Positions 24,568 through 38,074 of a stretch of 64,000 nucleotides of DNA are shown here, piece by piece. How positions within the stretch are numbered: the stretch's first letter is position 1; each line of letters begins with the position of its first letter. The translations under genes and the position numbers were made by a program. Location of the stretch: positions 112,034,001-112,098,000 of the forward strand of contig CM097886.1 of assembly GCA_044892525.1 (NCBI GenBank), written 5' to 3'. The notes under the pieces are model-generated. The model did not search any database. It was not told the origin of the DNA and saw only the letters and a program-made list of their open reading frames with translations. The DNA is from Schmidtea polychroa. Its lineage: Eukaryota.

Positions 24568-24904
24568 TTGTAAATTCAGATTGTTTTATTTATGGAGAAA
24601 ACTATGAGTCTTAGACTTCCATAAGACCATATCTGTTAATTTCATATCTGTTAGACTGCATTACTTTAGTACTTATTGTATTCCTTTAAAAATTATTATT
24701 ATCGGCAATATTTAAACAAAGAGGAGTTTTTTCACGATAACAATATATTGAGCAAGAAAACATCAAACAATTTATTGTGCAAACATTTTCTATTTTATAT
24801 TACAGATTTATATTATAATTATAGTTACTTAATAATAGTCAATAATAGTTAACATGTTATTCACAATTTTCATTTCCATATATTACTCACAAAATATTAA
24901 ATTA

Positions 24905-25022
24905 CCCTAAATCGCGCAGATAAGCAGCGGCTTATCTGAAAATAAAGTCAAATTTTTTTAGAAAAAATGTGAAGTGATTTTTAAAAAATATATAAATGCG
25001 GCTTATCTGCGCGATTTTAGGG
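24905..25022. mobile_element. Tc1/pogo-type MITE
   Basis: TA-flanked TIRs CCCTAAATCGCGCAGATAAGC / CCCTAAAATCGCGCAGATAAGC. Confidence 0.75.
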
Positions 25023-25461
25023 TAATTATATATTAATTATTTAATTAGTTAGCTAAGTTATTAAAATTTTTAATTTAACTTGACTATTACAATATTTTGA
25101 AATGCCTAAAATCTAATCCCTATTTTGAAACCTAAATGAGGTCCAAAATGAACATTGAAACATTTGTCAAACATTTTTTCAGCTGAATTTTGTAATTAGA
25201 ATGTCATATTAATTCTTAATTAGCAAAGAATTTAATGAAGTGATGACTTGTGCAACTCAACGCAACTTTTCAAAACTTTTATGAAAAAATTCAACTATTT
25301 TGCAATATTTTAAATCTTGGATCGTTTTCTTGTTTTATTTTATTTCATTTGTTTTAATTTTAACCATATGAAATCCAATTCAAAATCAAAAACCTCAAAC
25401 CAAGTAAAATATGGTAAGACAAAATAAAAAAGAGTTTATTACTGGAGTGAATAGTATAGTC

Positions 25462-25715
25462 CATGGGTATTCAACTAAATATTATGAAGGGCCAAATTTT
25501 TCTTATAACGGCAATCGAGGGCCGTATCAATTAAAAAGTAGTTAGTTTTGTAGCGGATTACAAAGTAACAAAAATAAACTGGTTTTAGTGTGCGTTTTTA
25601 TGCAGATATCACCAAATATTTTTATATATGTGTAATATTCCAAGATATTGAAAGGGCCTTTTTCAAATTTCGGCGGGCCTGATCAGGCCCGCGGGCCGCC
25701 AGTTGAATATCCCTG
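25462..25715. mobile_element. hAT (Charlie-type) MITE
   Basis: TIRs CATGGGTATTCAACT / CAGGGATATTCAACT; perfect TSD GTATAGTC. Confidence 0.85.
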
Positions 25716-26985
25716 GTATAGTCTATATTGCATTCTATATAATAAAAGTGCCTATTGCTGCCATAAACCAACCGTTGACAAACATAAGGATAGTCAAAAG
25801 TACAAAGAAGTTTTTCTGTCAAATAAAAATGACAATAATCTAAAGCAGTCATTTTTATAGACACAGGTGAAAATTTTATAGAGAAAGCTATTGATGCATT
25901 TTTATCAGTTGTATTCCTCTTTTTGTTGATATTCATAAACCTCCATCCTTCATAATAACTAGGTGCTCGAGCTGGTTAAAATGACACAAATTTTAGCGGG
26001 GGAAATATTATCAAATATTGTACTGTCTCTTTTAATGCGTCGCCATATAAAACGAACAGCCTAGAAAATAATGAGGAGTTTCATGATTATATGGTTGAAT
26101 AATTTGTGGTTTAAATATAAGTTAATTTAAAATTAGTCTTAAACATTTATACGTGCAACTTTTGTAACTTTTAAAATTTTTTGCAACTTCTAATCCAAAA
26201 TGTTTGTAACTTTGGGGTTGCCCTAATGATGACAAACCTTTATTCTTAAGTAATTTATTCTTTAATTTATTTCTAATTCATTTTTAAATATGCAAATTTT
26301 AAAAACATTTTATTGAAATGTACTAAAAAGAAAAAAATAATTATTTATTATTTATATTGCATATCCTCGGAACTAGTGCGTCATAATAAGGTGATGATTA
26401 AATATCGATTTTTCCTCTTTATATAAATATTTATATTGCTCTAATATTTTGATACATTGGTTATGGGATAATTATAAATTTTTAATTTAATACTTTTTAT
26501 ATAAGAATTAGAAAAAATTACCAGTTCCAAACTTTAAAGCTGGAATCGGTAATCTTTTAGGTGTAAGGATTCATTTTTGTGATCTACAGACATTTTGCAT
26601 AAAAACACTTTCATATAAAAATAACAACAAAATATATTTTAAGTTGTTAAATGTTTGATAAGATACATTGTTTAAAAAACATTTAAAATAAGATTTTTAA
26701 TCATTATTAGACTCTCGCCTATCTTGTTCTGGAATATATGCGAAATTGCTTTGTGAAATGTCTCGGTACTATTTTTGTAAATATCCAAATCAAAAACAGA
26801 CGTGAGTACTTTATTTTGACTTTCTGATTAGAATCAGTACCACACCATTCGCTATTATTCCAGCTGATTTTGCTAATCTTAAATAAAATTTGCCGACAGG
26901 CTTGCGGAGGGATTCATACACAGCAGACCGATCTACTTTGGTATTCAAAAGAAAATCCAAAGTCACGACTATGGACCAAAGACTA

Positions 26986-27186
26986 CCATATTTTCCCGCA
27001 TATAACCCGCAGTTTATACCGAATTTTACATATCCCGCGGGGGGAGGATACGGCCTATATTAAACCTTTTTACACGTATTGGTTATTTTACTATATTACT
27101 TAATTTTTCCACAAAACTTAAAAACCCGCAGGGTATATCAGCGTGCAGGTTATCTGCGTATACGGGCTATATGCGGGAAAATACGG
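26986..27186. mobile_element. Tc1/pogo-type MITE
   Basis: TA-flanked TIRs CCATATTTTCCCGCATATAACCCG / CCGTATTTTCCCGCATATAGCCCG. Confidence 0.8.
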
Positions 27187-28144
27187 TACTACTGATACGA
27201 TAATGGTTAATTGAGAAAACTACCTTTCTGAGCAATATTCCAAATTTTGAAATTACATTCTAAATCTATTTGGATCTTTCCTTCGAGCTAGACTTCTTCT
27301 ATTTAAATAGCATAAAAAATTATTTTTACTTTTTACTTTTCCCCGATTCATGTTACTAATTTTGTATTAATTTGATTGGGATATCATTATTAAAGATTTC
27401 AGAGCGTTGAATGCTTAATGAAGCCAATGTTTTTAATGATTAACTGTTATTAAGGATAGATAAAATTAAGGTCAGTGAAATAAACTAACATGGAGCACTG
27501 TATATCTCCTAACAGGACTATCCATTCTTTAATCACTTACACTGACAATTAAATAACATGCATGCGTGAAGAACCAGTCCAAAGCAATTAGCAACGAATA
27601 AATGTTATTTTAATTGATGTTGTATGCTATACAATATATAATTTGTTGATAGAACTGACAGCTTAGAAAGATCATACGACGTGATATGCATATCATATCT
27701 ACATTTGGTACAGATATCAGTTGACTTGCGTAGCACGTCATTCCAGTGTGAGTGGTAAATTCAATTCTATTATTCAATTCTATCTTTCGTTGAAACATTT
27801 GATTTCATTGAGACATTTATTGACAATAGTAGAGAATCAAATTTCTTTTTCATTAAAACAAAATGAATATAAATAATACAATTAGCATTATCATTTTTGG
27901 GTATGACTCAAAGAGATGTCTCAAATAACCTGATTTGCCAGCAATTCGATAACAGGGAAACCCGTTTCCTCGATTCGTGGCTAATAGGAAACTGTTAATT
28001 TTATTACTAGGAATCAGATATTTTTGTTTTCAAATTCCCATCAAATCGGTCTAGAATTCTAGGAAATGAGAGATATATTGAAGTTCATTTCAATGAAGCT
28101 TTGCACCATTTTTTCCTTTTTGAGGAAAACTATACTATATGTTA

Positions 28145-28178
<34 letters not shown>

Positions 28179-28990
28179 AATTATTATTTACAACTAAATT
28201 TAGCTTAACTTACTAGAAATGATAGAAACACTTCGCATAAGAAATAAATAATATAATAAAAGAAACTAATAAAACAAAACTGATCGGTAAATATAGTGTA
28301 ATAAAACAAATTTAATAAAACTCACTACTTATTTGAAAATCGAGTAGAACAGGCACTCAACAATTTGTAAAGTTGATGACAATTAAATCAGAGCTACTGT
28401 TGAATTCAATTAGAGCCTCATTTTGCTGTTCGAGCTGTGATTGGTCGGTTGTGTTTGCATATTGATTAATGTCGATCAATCGTTGGACCAATTGCAATCG
28501 ACCAATTATCATGTCAACTTTGAAGCCTTTTCGTTTCCCAATGACGGGACAGATGAGGGGATCAGTTATAGGTTTGACAAATTCGGTAAATACAATTGCA
28601 ATGATCTTGTGCAATTTTGTCGGATTGGATTTGTTCCAATGCTATTGATTTGAATTTATTGAATTTTAAATGTTCTAAAAATTATATATTTTTATTTTTT
28701 TCTGAAAAATTAAAACATAAAATTTTCAATACTTTAGTTTATTTAACCAAAAATATTTTTCATAATATTTTTCACGTTTTGAGTTTGGATGAAAACTAAT
28801 CGTTTCCTATAGTTAAGATATAAGATTCATCCGTTTCCTTTCAATTACGTATTCATAATAATTCGTTCCAACAGCAAATTTATTGTATATTTATTAATAT
28901 TTACTAAAATGATAATAACTGCAATAATAATAATTATTATTTTAATATTATTATTAGAAAACATTACTGAAATAAAAGTTTTACGCTATA

Positions 28991-29015
28991 TTTCGACAGT
29001 TCCTGTCATTATCAA
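28991..29015 (-). ncRNA. Degenerate hammerhead-ribozyme core (Penelope-type)
   Basis: Minus strand TTGATAA-T-GACAG-GAA-CTGTC-GAAA. Stem II is the same as in the 37997 copy, but the CTGATGA box is mutated. Confidence 0.45.
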
Positions 29016-29369
29016 TAATTTTGCAAAATGAACTATTTAAATTTCAAGAAATCAATAATCCCAGAAGAATCGATAAAATATTACATTCAAATACAAATTA
29101 TTTTTACATTGCATTCTATAATAATTCTATTATTAATATATTTTCAAATTTTCGAAACATAGTTATAAAATATCTATTATAAAATAATTAATTTGTATTA
29201 AATTAAAAATAGTTTAAATCTTTCATTAATGTTTATTGTGTTTCTAGTCGTAATGAAATGGAGTTTTCTCCTGAGGATATTCGAAAAATAATTTATAACA
29301 AGTGGAAAAGAGGACTGTTAACTGATAAAATTCATAAGGAAATCACCTGCACTATCGGTTAATGCACGG

Positions 29370-29812
29370 CTTTTTCGCTGAAGATGAGCCACACAATGGA
29401 CGGCCCTCATACGATATGAAGGAGATACAACTGCTTGAATGAAGATCCGCGAGCTACAACAAGACAAATTGCCGAGTTCATTGTTAGTGGCAAAGAAACC
29501 ATGAGACGATTGATTTAAATGAGATTGCGCTACCTCTGCAACGTATGAATCCAATATATGCTAATCGAATCAACAAAGTCGAAAGGAGTTACAATGTGCA
29601 TCGCCAACGCCACAAGTCGTGGCAATGTGCTGAAGATCAATTCGTGACGGAATGATAAACTATCCTTACCAACCAGAAATTCATGCTGAATCTGTTCTGT
29701 AGCTTTAAAGAAATTATTTTTATAGGCGTTCTGCCACCTGGTAAGACTATCAATGTCAAATATTACTGAGACCTATTGGAGAAACTAAATGCAACTGTTT
29801 TTGAAAAAAGAA
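29370..29812 (+). pseudogene. mariner transposase remnant
   Basis: EDEPHNGRP...EDPRATTRQIAE and KFMLNLFCSFKEIIFIGVLPPGKTINVKYY*DLLEKLNA match mariner EDEPRSGRP and KVML..WW...GII..ELLPPG.TIN...Y...L..L. Confidence 0.8.
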
Positions 29813-29869
29813 ACAAAAGAAAAGAAAAGAAAAAAAAGAAAAAGAAAAAACTAAAATTAAAAAACTAAA

Positions 29870-30609
29870 ATAAAACGACAATTATTAAAACATTAGAAGC
29901 ACTAAATTTCATGATATATTTCGACATTTTTTCTGTTACCTTCAGGTAGGAAAGAAAAAGCAACAAATAGATTTAATAAACAAATTATAAAAATTATTAA
30001 TTAAAAAAATTTTTAATTCAATTTAAATAATTAATAATTTACCAAATTTAATTATTTATTGATATTCAATTCAATTAAAAATACGGCTTTTTAAAATTCG
30101 CAATTTTTTTCTTTCTATTTTCTTTTTTTCTTTTTTAACTGTTTTTCTATGTCTTTTCTTTGTTTTTTTTCATTTCTTCTTCTTTGTTTTTTGTTTTTTT
30201 TGTTTTTTTTTCTTTGTTCATTTTTTAGTGTGGGTTATTAAACTACTCGCACATGTATACTCACAATTATTTTGTATGCGCCGAGTAGTTGGATGTTTGT
30301 AATTGTAATTTTAGTTTTTGAAATTTTTTTAATTTTTCTTTGTTTCTTTCTTTTCTTTTTTTCTTTTTTTTAAATCGGGAATTTTACAAAGCCGTACTTT
30401 ATGTGAATTAAATATCATCAATAAATAGTTAAATTTGGCAAATTATTAATTATCTAAATTAAAATAAAATTTTTTTAAATTATAATTTTTATAATTTGTT
30501 TATTAAATTTATTTGTCGTTTTTTCTCTCCTATCTGATGATAATAGAAAATATTTCAAAATATATCATGATATTTAGTGCTTCTAATATTTTAATAATTG
30601 CCGTTTTAT
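29870..30609. repeat. Inverted pair of ~240-bp Penelope pseudo-LTR-like arms, each with a hammerhead-like core
   Basis: 29870-30110 is the reverse complement of about 30370-30609. Cores at 29919-29945 (-) and 30534-30560 (+). Inner hairpin at about 30241-30290; (TTA)n follows at 30614-30670. Confidence 0.75.
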
Positions 30610-30610
30610 G

Positions 30611-30672
<62 letters not shown>

Positions 30673-32151
30673 TTTTATTTAATTTTTATAATATTATTAT
30701 ATTATTTTTATTATTAAAACTTTTATTTACATTTGAAATCATGAGAATTTGAATTTTGTTTAAATTGGTATTATCAAAGCAAATTTCTGCCAAAGATAAT
30801 CCGCTTTTGACATTTTTCAAACTTACACAAAGATTATTGTCATAGAGTTGTAGATAAAATTAATTTAGAAGCAATTTAAAATTTTCATCTTGAGCTCAAA
30901 ATAGTGAATTTGGAAGCTTATATTTATTTTGTATAAATTATCACATGGTTTCTCTCAAAATAAGTAAGAAAACCTCTAGATTAAATATCAAGGATTAAGA
31001 AAGAGATTTTTGTTGGTTTATAATTTCATTGTACGGGTTTTGTCCCAAGTGAAATGGAATTAATATTTTATAACGCAAATGTGACAAATTTGTTGCAAAT
31101 ATTGTTTTTCTAATTATACAATTCAAATCTGAAATTTCAAAAATGTTGAAATTATTTACACGTTCAAAATTTTCCATTTACTTTCAAATAAACAGAACAA
31201 TTTTAGGGGGTAATGAAAAATCTCAAAGAATTACCTTAGATTTTGGCTTAATTTTATTCAGACTTTTAATTTAAGACTTTTGAATAATTAAAGGGTTACG
31301 AGTGACGAATTCAACCAGCTGAGAATTCATAAAATTGAACAGCAGAAGAGGCAAGAGTGTTTGAAGGAAACAAAATTCCATTTTAAGCAATCTTTAACCC
31401 AAATTCAAGAACCTTATAAAATATGACGCCGTTTTCCTGCTATTCATATTCTCTCTAATCTTGTAAAACTTAATATTGTATACAAGACCAATTTTAACTT
31501 TACGGTTATGTCTCAGCTGACATTTCTTTTCTCCTTTGTTGGCTACTAAGCAATAATTCTTTTCCCCTAATAAATATGAAAGCAAAAAACAAACCCTTTC
31601 AGTCAGACATCCTTTACTTATTGAATATCTTTCATGCTCAAACTATTTTCACATGAAATATCCTATAAGATTCATTAGCAAACGTATTCAGGAATAATTA
31701 TTTTTAGAAAATTTTATTTTCATACCTCATTTATTCCATCCGTATCAATAGTGATTCAGGTGGAAATTATTAAATTTTTGTTTTTCTTCTTTATAATGTT
31801 GTTTTTATTTAACTTCAAAATTACAAAAATTTTTCACACAAATTTCTATTAATAATGGAATAAATACTCATAGAATAGGAATGAATAATTCTACTAACAG
31901 AATGAGTTTATTTGTTTTTCTGCATTTCATACATCAAATGTTCTCCATTCATTTGTTTCATCTTTTTACTTTATTACCAATACATTTNNNNNNNNNNNNN
32001 NNNNNNNNNNNNNNNNNNNNNNNNNNNNNNNNNNNNNNNNNNNNNNNNNNNNNNNNNNNNNNNNNNNNNNNNNNNNNNNNNNNNNNNNNNNNNNNNNNNN
32101 NNNNNNNNNNNNNNNNNNNNNNNNNNNNNNNNNNNNNNNNNNNNNNNNNNN

Positions 32152-33831
32152 GTTTAAATAAGTGAGTTTTCACGTTTTTGTGGATAATTATAAACATGTT
32201 GTATATAAATTTAAGTCGATTTGAAGAATTTTAAAAGCGAGTTGGATTTAACTGGTGACCACACCGAAAATCAGAACGTCAATGCAATTTCGAAATCTAC
32301 AAAATTGTTAATGGAATGCCTACCGAAATCATGCCGACATGCTCATACTGAACATCAGACAATATAATGGACGAGGTATAAAAGAAGCCGAAGAATGGAT
32401 AAGGGATATAGAAGAATGGCTGCTGACAAATGTACAACGATTGACAAGCACTTTTGATGTGTTATTGGTAGCAGAAGCAAAGACATTGTGGCCCACAAGA
32501 CATGAAGAAGCTAAGGATGGAAAATCAAAGATTATATATACTATCCAAAGAACAGAAGCTATGGAAAAATTATGGGAACAACAACAAAAGGACATTCGGT
32601 TTCGAGAGCTGCGAGAGATATTGGAAAATGGATGTACACGGGAGAAAAAGAATTGTTTTCCTTTTAACGCAAAAAATACACGAATTGATGGAGAATTAAT
32701 AATAGTAGAAAAGAACAAAAATATCTTAATGTTAGTCCCAGAAACATTTGCAGGCCTGTTAACAACAACCCTACATGAAGAAAATTGGAGTTAAGAAAAT
32801 ATTTCATTATATGGAAAAAATATTTTATTAGCCGAAAATGCAAGAAACAATCCAACTCTGTTTACAATGTTGCGAGATCTGCTCTAAGAGAAAGATTGAT
32901 CAGACAAGAACCAAGGAAATATTTATTCCTAGATATAGCCCTGGATTCTTAGAACAGATTGTTATAGATGTGGCTTACATGAAAATAAACGCCATAAAAA
33001 ATATATGGTAGTAATGGTGGACCGGTTTTGCTAACTGATTTCTTTAACTGCAATCACAAAGCAAGACGAAGGGACCATTTTCAAAATGATACTTATTAGT
33101 TGGATCTATCGATTCGGAAAACCGAAGAGCATTTTAACAGATAGAGACCGCAATTTCGAAGGGAATTTTCTGAGACAGAAACTACAGAAACTTGGAATCA
33201 AACAGGAATTCAGCTCACCTTACCAGCACCAATCAAATGGTTTAGCCGAAAGAGCCATACGAACGATAAGGGATCTTATTACAACAACATTGGCAGGTAG
33301 ATGTAAAGAGAGGAACTGGCACGAATTTTTACCTAGAATAGAGTTCACTATAAAGTTCAGTCGAACAAGTGCTACAAGCTTATCACTATTTGAGATAATT
33401 TATGGACAGAGTGTTAACTTACACTCTAACCTGAAACAATCCAAGATATCAAGAAGCAAAAGAATGGTAGACGCGAGATTTAACTCGAGTAAAGCCGCAG
33501 ACACTATGAGAGCTATGTATAAGACAAAGACTGCACTCGTGTTTACGAGGCGGGGGAAGAGGTACTAGTACGTAAAGAACTACAGAACAGGTACAAGGAT
33601 GGTATGCAATACGATGGCCCATATAAAATCGTCAGATTTCTATCACCTCATCGAGTCGAACTATATTCACAAGAAGAAACGAAAGAACGAAGAATCGAGT
33701 GGCTGAAGAAGTGTAAAAATTCTTAAGAAGGGGAGAGTTAGATATCTGAATTTGTTTAAATAAGTGAATTGGCACGTTTTGTTGAGAATTAAACACTTGT
33801 TGTATGATAATTTTATGTCGGATTTTAAGAA
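32152..33831 (+). mobile_element. Internally deleted Ty3/Gypsy LTR retrotransposon (gag start plus integrase; no PR/RT/RNase H)
   Basis: Matching LTR segments GTTTAAATAAGTGA..CACGTTTT at 32152+ and 33750+; PBS-like TGGTGACC at 32253; PPT AAGAAGGGGAGAG at 33725-33737. Integrase DDE motifs IDVAYM, ILTDRD and SNGLAERAIRT. Both outer LTR ends run into N runs. Confidence 0.85.
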
Positions 33832-36800
33832 NNNNNNNNNNNNNNNNNNNNNNNNNNNNNNNNNNNNNNNNNNNNNNNNNNNNNNNNNNNNNNNNNNNNN
33901 NNNNNNNNNNNNNNNNNNNNNNNNNNNNNNNNNNNNNNNNNNNNNNNNNNNNNNNNNNNNNNNNNNNNNNNNNNNNNNNNNNNNNNNNNNNNNNNNNNNN
34001 NNNNNNNNNNNNNNNNNNNNTTCTCTTTTATACAACTTTCGACGGTGAAGAAGAATATTAAAAAAATTCTTGAAATGGATATATTTGAATTTATTTATAT
34101 TTATTTTTAAAAACACTTTTCAATCAAATATATTTTTTAAATAAAAATTCAGATTAAATTTCTTTAAATGAACAAACAATTAGAAATTTTTGTTTTAATC
34201 CCACAATCGGAAATTGATTTTACCAAATCTCACTAGGTTTAAGAAACAATAAAAGCTAATTTATCGATTAGGACATTAATTAAATAGAGAACTGAGTGGA
34301 TATTTGTTTATATGTAATAGAAATTATTTTAAAATTCTTTTGTTTTAATTATATGTTTAGAAAAGAAGAAAANNNNNNNNNNNNNNNNNNNNNNNNNNNN
34401 NNNNNNNNNNNNNNNNNNNNNNNNNNNNNNNNNNNNNNNNNNNNNNNNNNNNNNNNNNNNNNNNNNNNNNNNNNNNNNNNNNNNNNNNNNNNNNNNNNNN
34501 NNNNNNNNNNNGTTATGATTTGGAAATCAGGTTTATTAAAAAAATTTTTAATATTATAATAAAATTTTTCCAATTGTACCTTTACGTTAATTATTTTAAA
34601 AATTACAAAACTGTATAGCTAAAATGTATAATTTTGATTAAAATATAATTAAACCATATAAACAGTCGTGAGCTATAATGGTCTCGTGCGAACCCTTTGT
34701 AAATTTTTTTATGATAATTTTCGATCACCTAGTTATTTTAGATTTTTTTAAATATTAATACGATAAACATTTAACTTTATATGTAGAAACTTATTTTCAT
34801 TTTCAGTTCATTGTCTATGTTGATTATTTATGAACTGATTACATTTATAATTGACATTGCATAAACGTTTAAAGATAATTGTGAAATAAAAAACTGTATA
34901 TACGTCCATGTGTGTATTATAATTCATGGAGGGCTCAAACCTCACTTAAAATATTATTTATATGGTAGCATTTCCTAAGATTTTGGCATTTGCCACTTCG
35001 AACGTTCATTTTAGTTTTAGTAATCAAAGGTATAATGGCAGCAGATTAATGGTGATTTTATGGGTTAATCATTACCTCCGATATTGGTTTCGGTCTTGAT
35101 TTTTATTTTATTACTGGCAATCCTACGTAACCTAGGCATATATGTGACAGGAATTGATCATTCTGCGGGGGCTAATCGGTAGCAAATCTAAATCATTAAA
35201 ACCATGACAAATAAAATATTTTAAAACAATCCGCTATTTTGTGGAAATAATATTTAATAATAAATTCCTAATAAGTGAGTTCATATCATCAATGATGTTG
35301 TGAATAATATTCTGCATTAAATATTGACAGATCAAATTCGGGCACCAAATCATCACTTTTCATAATTTAAAAATACAAAATTCACCGATTTAAACAAATA
35401 AACTCTTTAATGTTCTGAATATGATTATTGATATATTAATTTGTTGTTCGACGAATCAAATAATAATCTGCCGTTTTAATTGCTTCTTTTGAGTATTTCT
35501 AAGATTTTAATCCTTTTATCTCTTGTAGCTACTATATGGGTTTGAATTTCTCATATTTCCTTATCAGTTATCGTACAAGGAAAATTTGCTTCTCTCTTTA
35601 ATTGTCTTTTACTGTTACAGTTTCATTAGAACTCTGTCTCAATGTATTACTATGCCTTATGTATTACGCCTTTCAAATTTTTCCGCAATTATTANNNNNN
35701 NNNNNNNNNNNNNNNNNNNNNNNNNNNNNNNNNNNNNNNNNNNNNNNNNNNNNNNNNNNNNNNNNNNNNNNNNNNNNNNNNNNNNNNNNNNNNNNNNNNN
35801 NNNNNNNNNNNNNNNNNNNNNNNNNNNNNNNNNNNNNNNNNNNNNNNNNNNNNNNNNNNNNNNNNNNNNNNNNNNNNNNNNNNNNNNNNNNNNNNNNNNN
35901 NNNNNNNNNNNNNNNNNNNNNNNNNNNNNNNNNNNNNNNNNNNNNNNNNNNNNNNNNNNNNNNNNNNNNNNNNNNNNNNNNNNNNNNNNNNNNNNNNNNN
36001 NNNNNNNNNNNNNNNNNNNNNNNNNNNNNNNNNNNNNNNNNNGTGTTATTTTGCCTTAATTTAATTATTATTAAATTTTTATTATTTTAGAATTTCCGGC
36101 AACTTTTGTTTAAATGTTCATCTTTTTACTCAAGTTTTCGATCGCTGTCAATTGAAGGAATTGATTAATATTAGAAATTATTATAATGGATGTAAGAATG
36201 ATTTATTTATGTTTTATTGCATTATTTGAAGTGGTACATAGAAAACTAATGCGCTAAATATTGTTAATGTAAAATGATGTTATTTAAAATTTATTAAATT
36301 ATTGAATTTAATGAAAAACATAATTTTTAATTTTTAATTTTTAATTGTTTAAATTTGAATAAGTGTTTAAAAATAAAATTTATAATATATATAAAACAAT
36401 CATATTAATTATTTAATTTAAAATTTATTGATAACATTAATCATGGCATGGCTTTAAGCCGATTTTTCTTTTTTTCATTAAAGAAATAAACAATAAATTA
36501 TTCAAATTAAGATTTACTCAAATACTTACTAATAAAACAAATATATAAAACTACAAAAGTGATTTTATCTATGAAAGCAAAAAATTTGTAACAAAATTTT
36601 TCTAACAAAATTTTATTAGTTTGATAATTATTACGCATTTATCTATTTATTTGAGGTGCGTTTTAATTGTTTTAATTAATAATTTTAAATACAAAAATTC
36701 ATAATTTTTGGTTTATAAATAATGAATAATTTTGAAAGGAGAAGTTACGGTGCGCACGAACAGATATTTAAAAGCCAAATTTTAATTTATATAAATGCAT

Positions 36801-36849
36801 ATGATGGTTGATGGGAAATGTCAGATACTTGAATTCTTATATTTGAAAA

Positions 36850-38074
36850 TCAGAGGCATGTTGACCCGTTTTTGCAGTATATGAATAGTCTACATAAAAA
36901 CATTGTATTTACATGTGAAACGGAGAAAAATTCATCGCTTGCTTTCTTGGATCTGTTAATACAACGCAAAGAGAAACACTATGAGTCAGAGATTTATAGA
37001 AAACCAACTGATACTGGTCTCTATACTTCTTCCGAAAGTTTTTGTGAATTCAAGTATAAAAGAAATATGGTGAAGGGGTTGATTTATCGTGCATGGTCTT
37101 TGTCTTCTACTTTTAAAAATTCAGTAAAAAGTGTTGACATATTGGTTGAATTGTTAATGAAGAATGGTTATTCAAAATCCTTTTTAGTAATTATGGTGAA
37201 AGAGACTGTTGACAAATTTATTAAAAATCCTAAGGATCCATGTTTGAGAAAATCTGGGTGTGATGTTGTTGAGATGTGTGAGTCTGATGAGTTAAATAAA
37301 TTAAATAGTGTGAGCAAGGGTGATGGGCCTAAATTTGTGTTAGTATTGCCGTACTCAGAAGGTTTTAAGGATTATAAAGTGAAGATAAGAAAGCAGTTAG
37401 GGAATTTAAACTATATAATAGGGTCAACTTCTAGGAAAGTACGCCATATGTTTATTAATAAGTCAAAAACTCCGGTGGAATTGTGTTCCGATCTCGTTTA
37501 TCAGTTTACATGTAATGGGTGTAATGCCACATACATTGGAGAGACTTCCCGTCATCTCTGTATTCGAGCTCGAGAACATTGTAGACCGAAAGCTTTGACC
37601 CATATTGGTGAGCACAATAAGGGCTGTAAGATTAAAAAATTTCGATAATTGTTGGGAACTTGTGATTTGTGAGGCGTTGTTGATAAAATCATTGAATCCG
37701 AAAATTAATGTGCAGAATGCAGTAAATACTTGTGTTTTGAGTGTTTTTAAATAAGTTTTTAAATAGGTTTTTATTTATATTGTATGTATTGATTGTTGTA
37801 TTAAATTAAATAATTAATAAAAAATTTTTAAATTATTAAATTAAATTTTAAATGCTAAAATTTTAAAAAAATAATATATTAATTTAAGTATAATTTTTTA
37901 AAAATAATTAAATGTTTTTATAAAATAAAAAATTTTTTTATATATCATTAATAAATTTGTTTAAAATCCTTAATTTAATTAGTTATTATATCCCACCTGA
38001 TGATGACAGGAAAACTGTCGAAATATATCGTGAAAAGAATGTTTGATTGGCGTTATCTTATAATTAAATCATTA
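36850..38074 (+). mobile_element. 5'-truncated Penelope-like retroelement (RT C-terminus plus GIY-YIG endonuclease) with 3' pseudo-LTR
   Basis: FLQYMNSLHKNIVFTCETE...LAFLDL...YRKPTDTG; LVYQFTCNGCNATYIGETSR...RAREH. After a frameshift, ICEALLIKSLNPKINVQ. Hammerhead core downstream. Confidence 0.9.
37990..38050 (+). ncRNA. Minimal type-I hammerhead ribozyme-like motif
   Basis: CTGATGA (37997) -T- GACAG-GAAAA-CTGTC (perfect stem II) - GAAA (38020). Stems I and III pair only weakly by eye. Confidence 0.65.

Noticed and set aside
29318-29554. Listed minus-strand 78-aa ORF as a novel gene
   Set aside because: It is the antisense shadow of the plus-strand mariner remnant.
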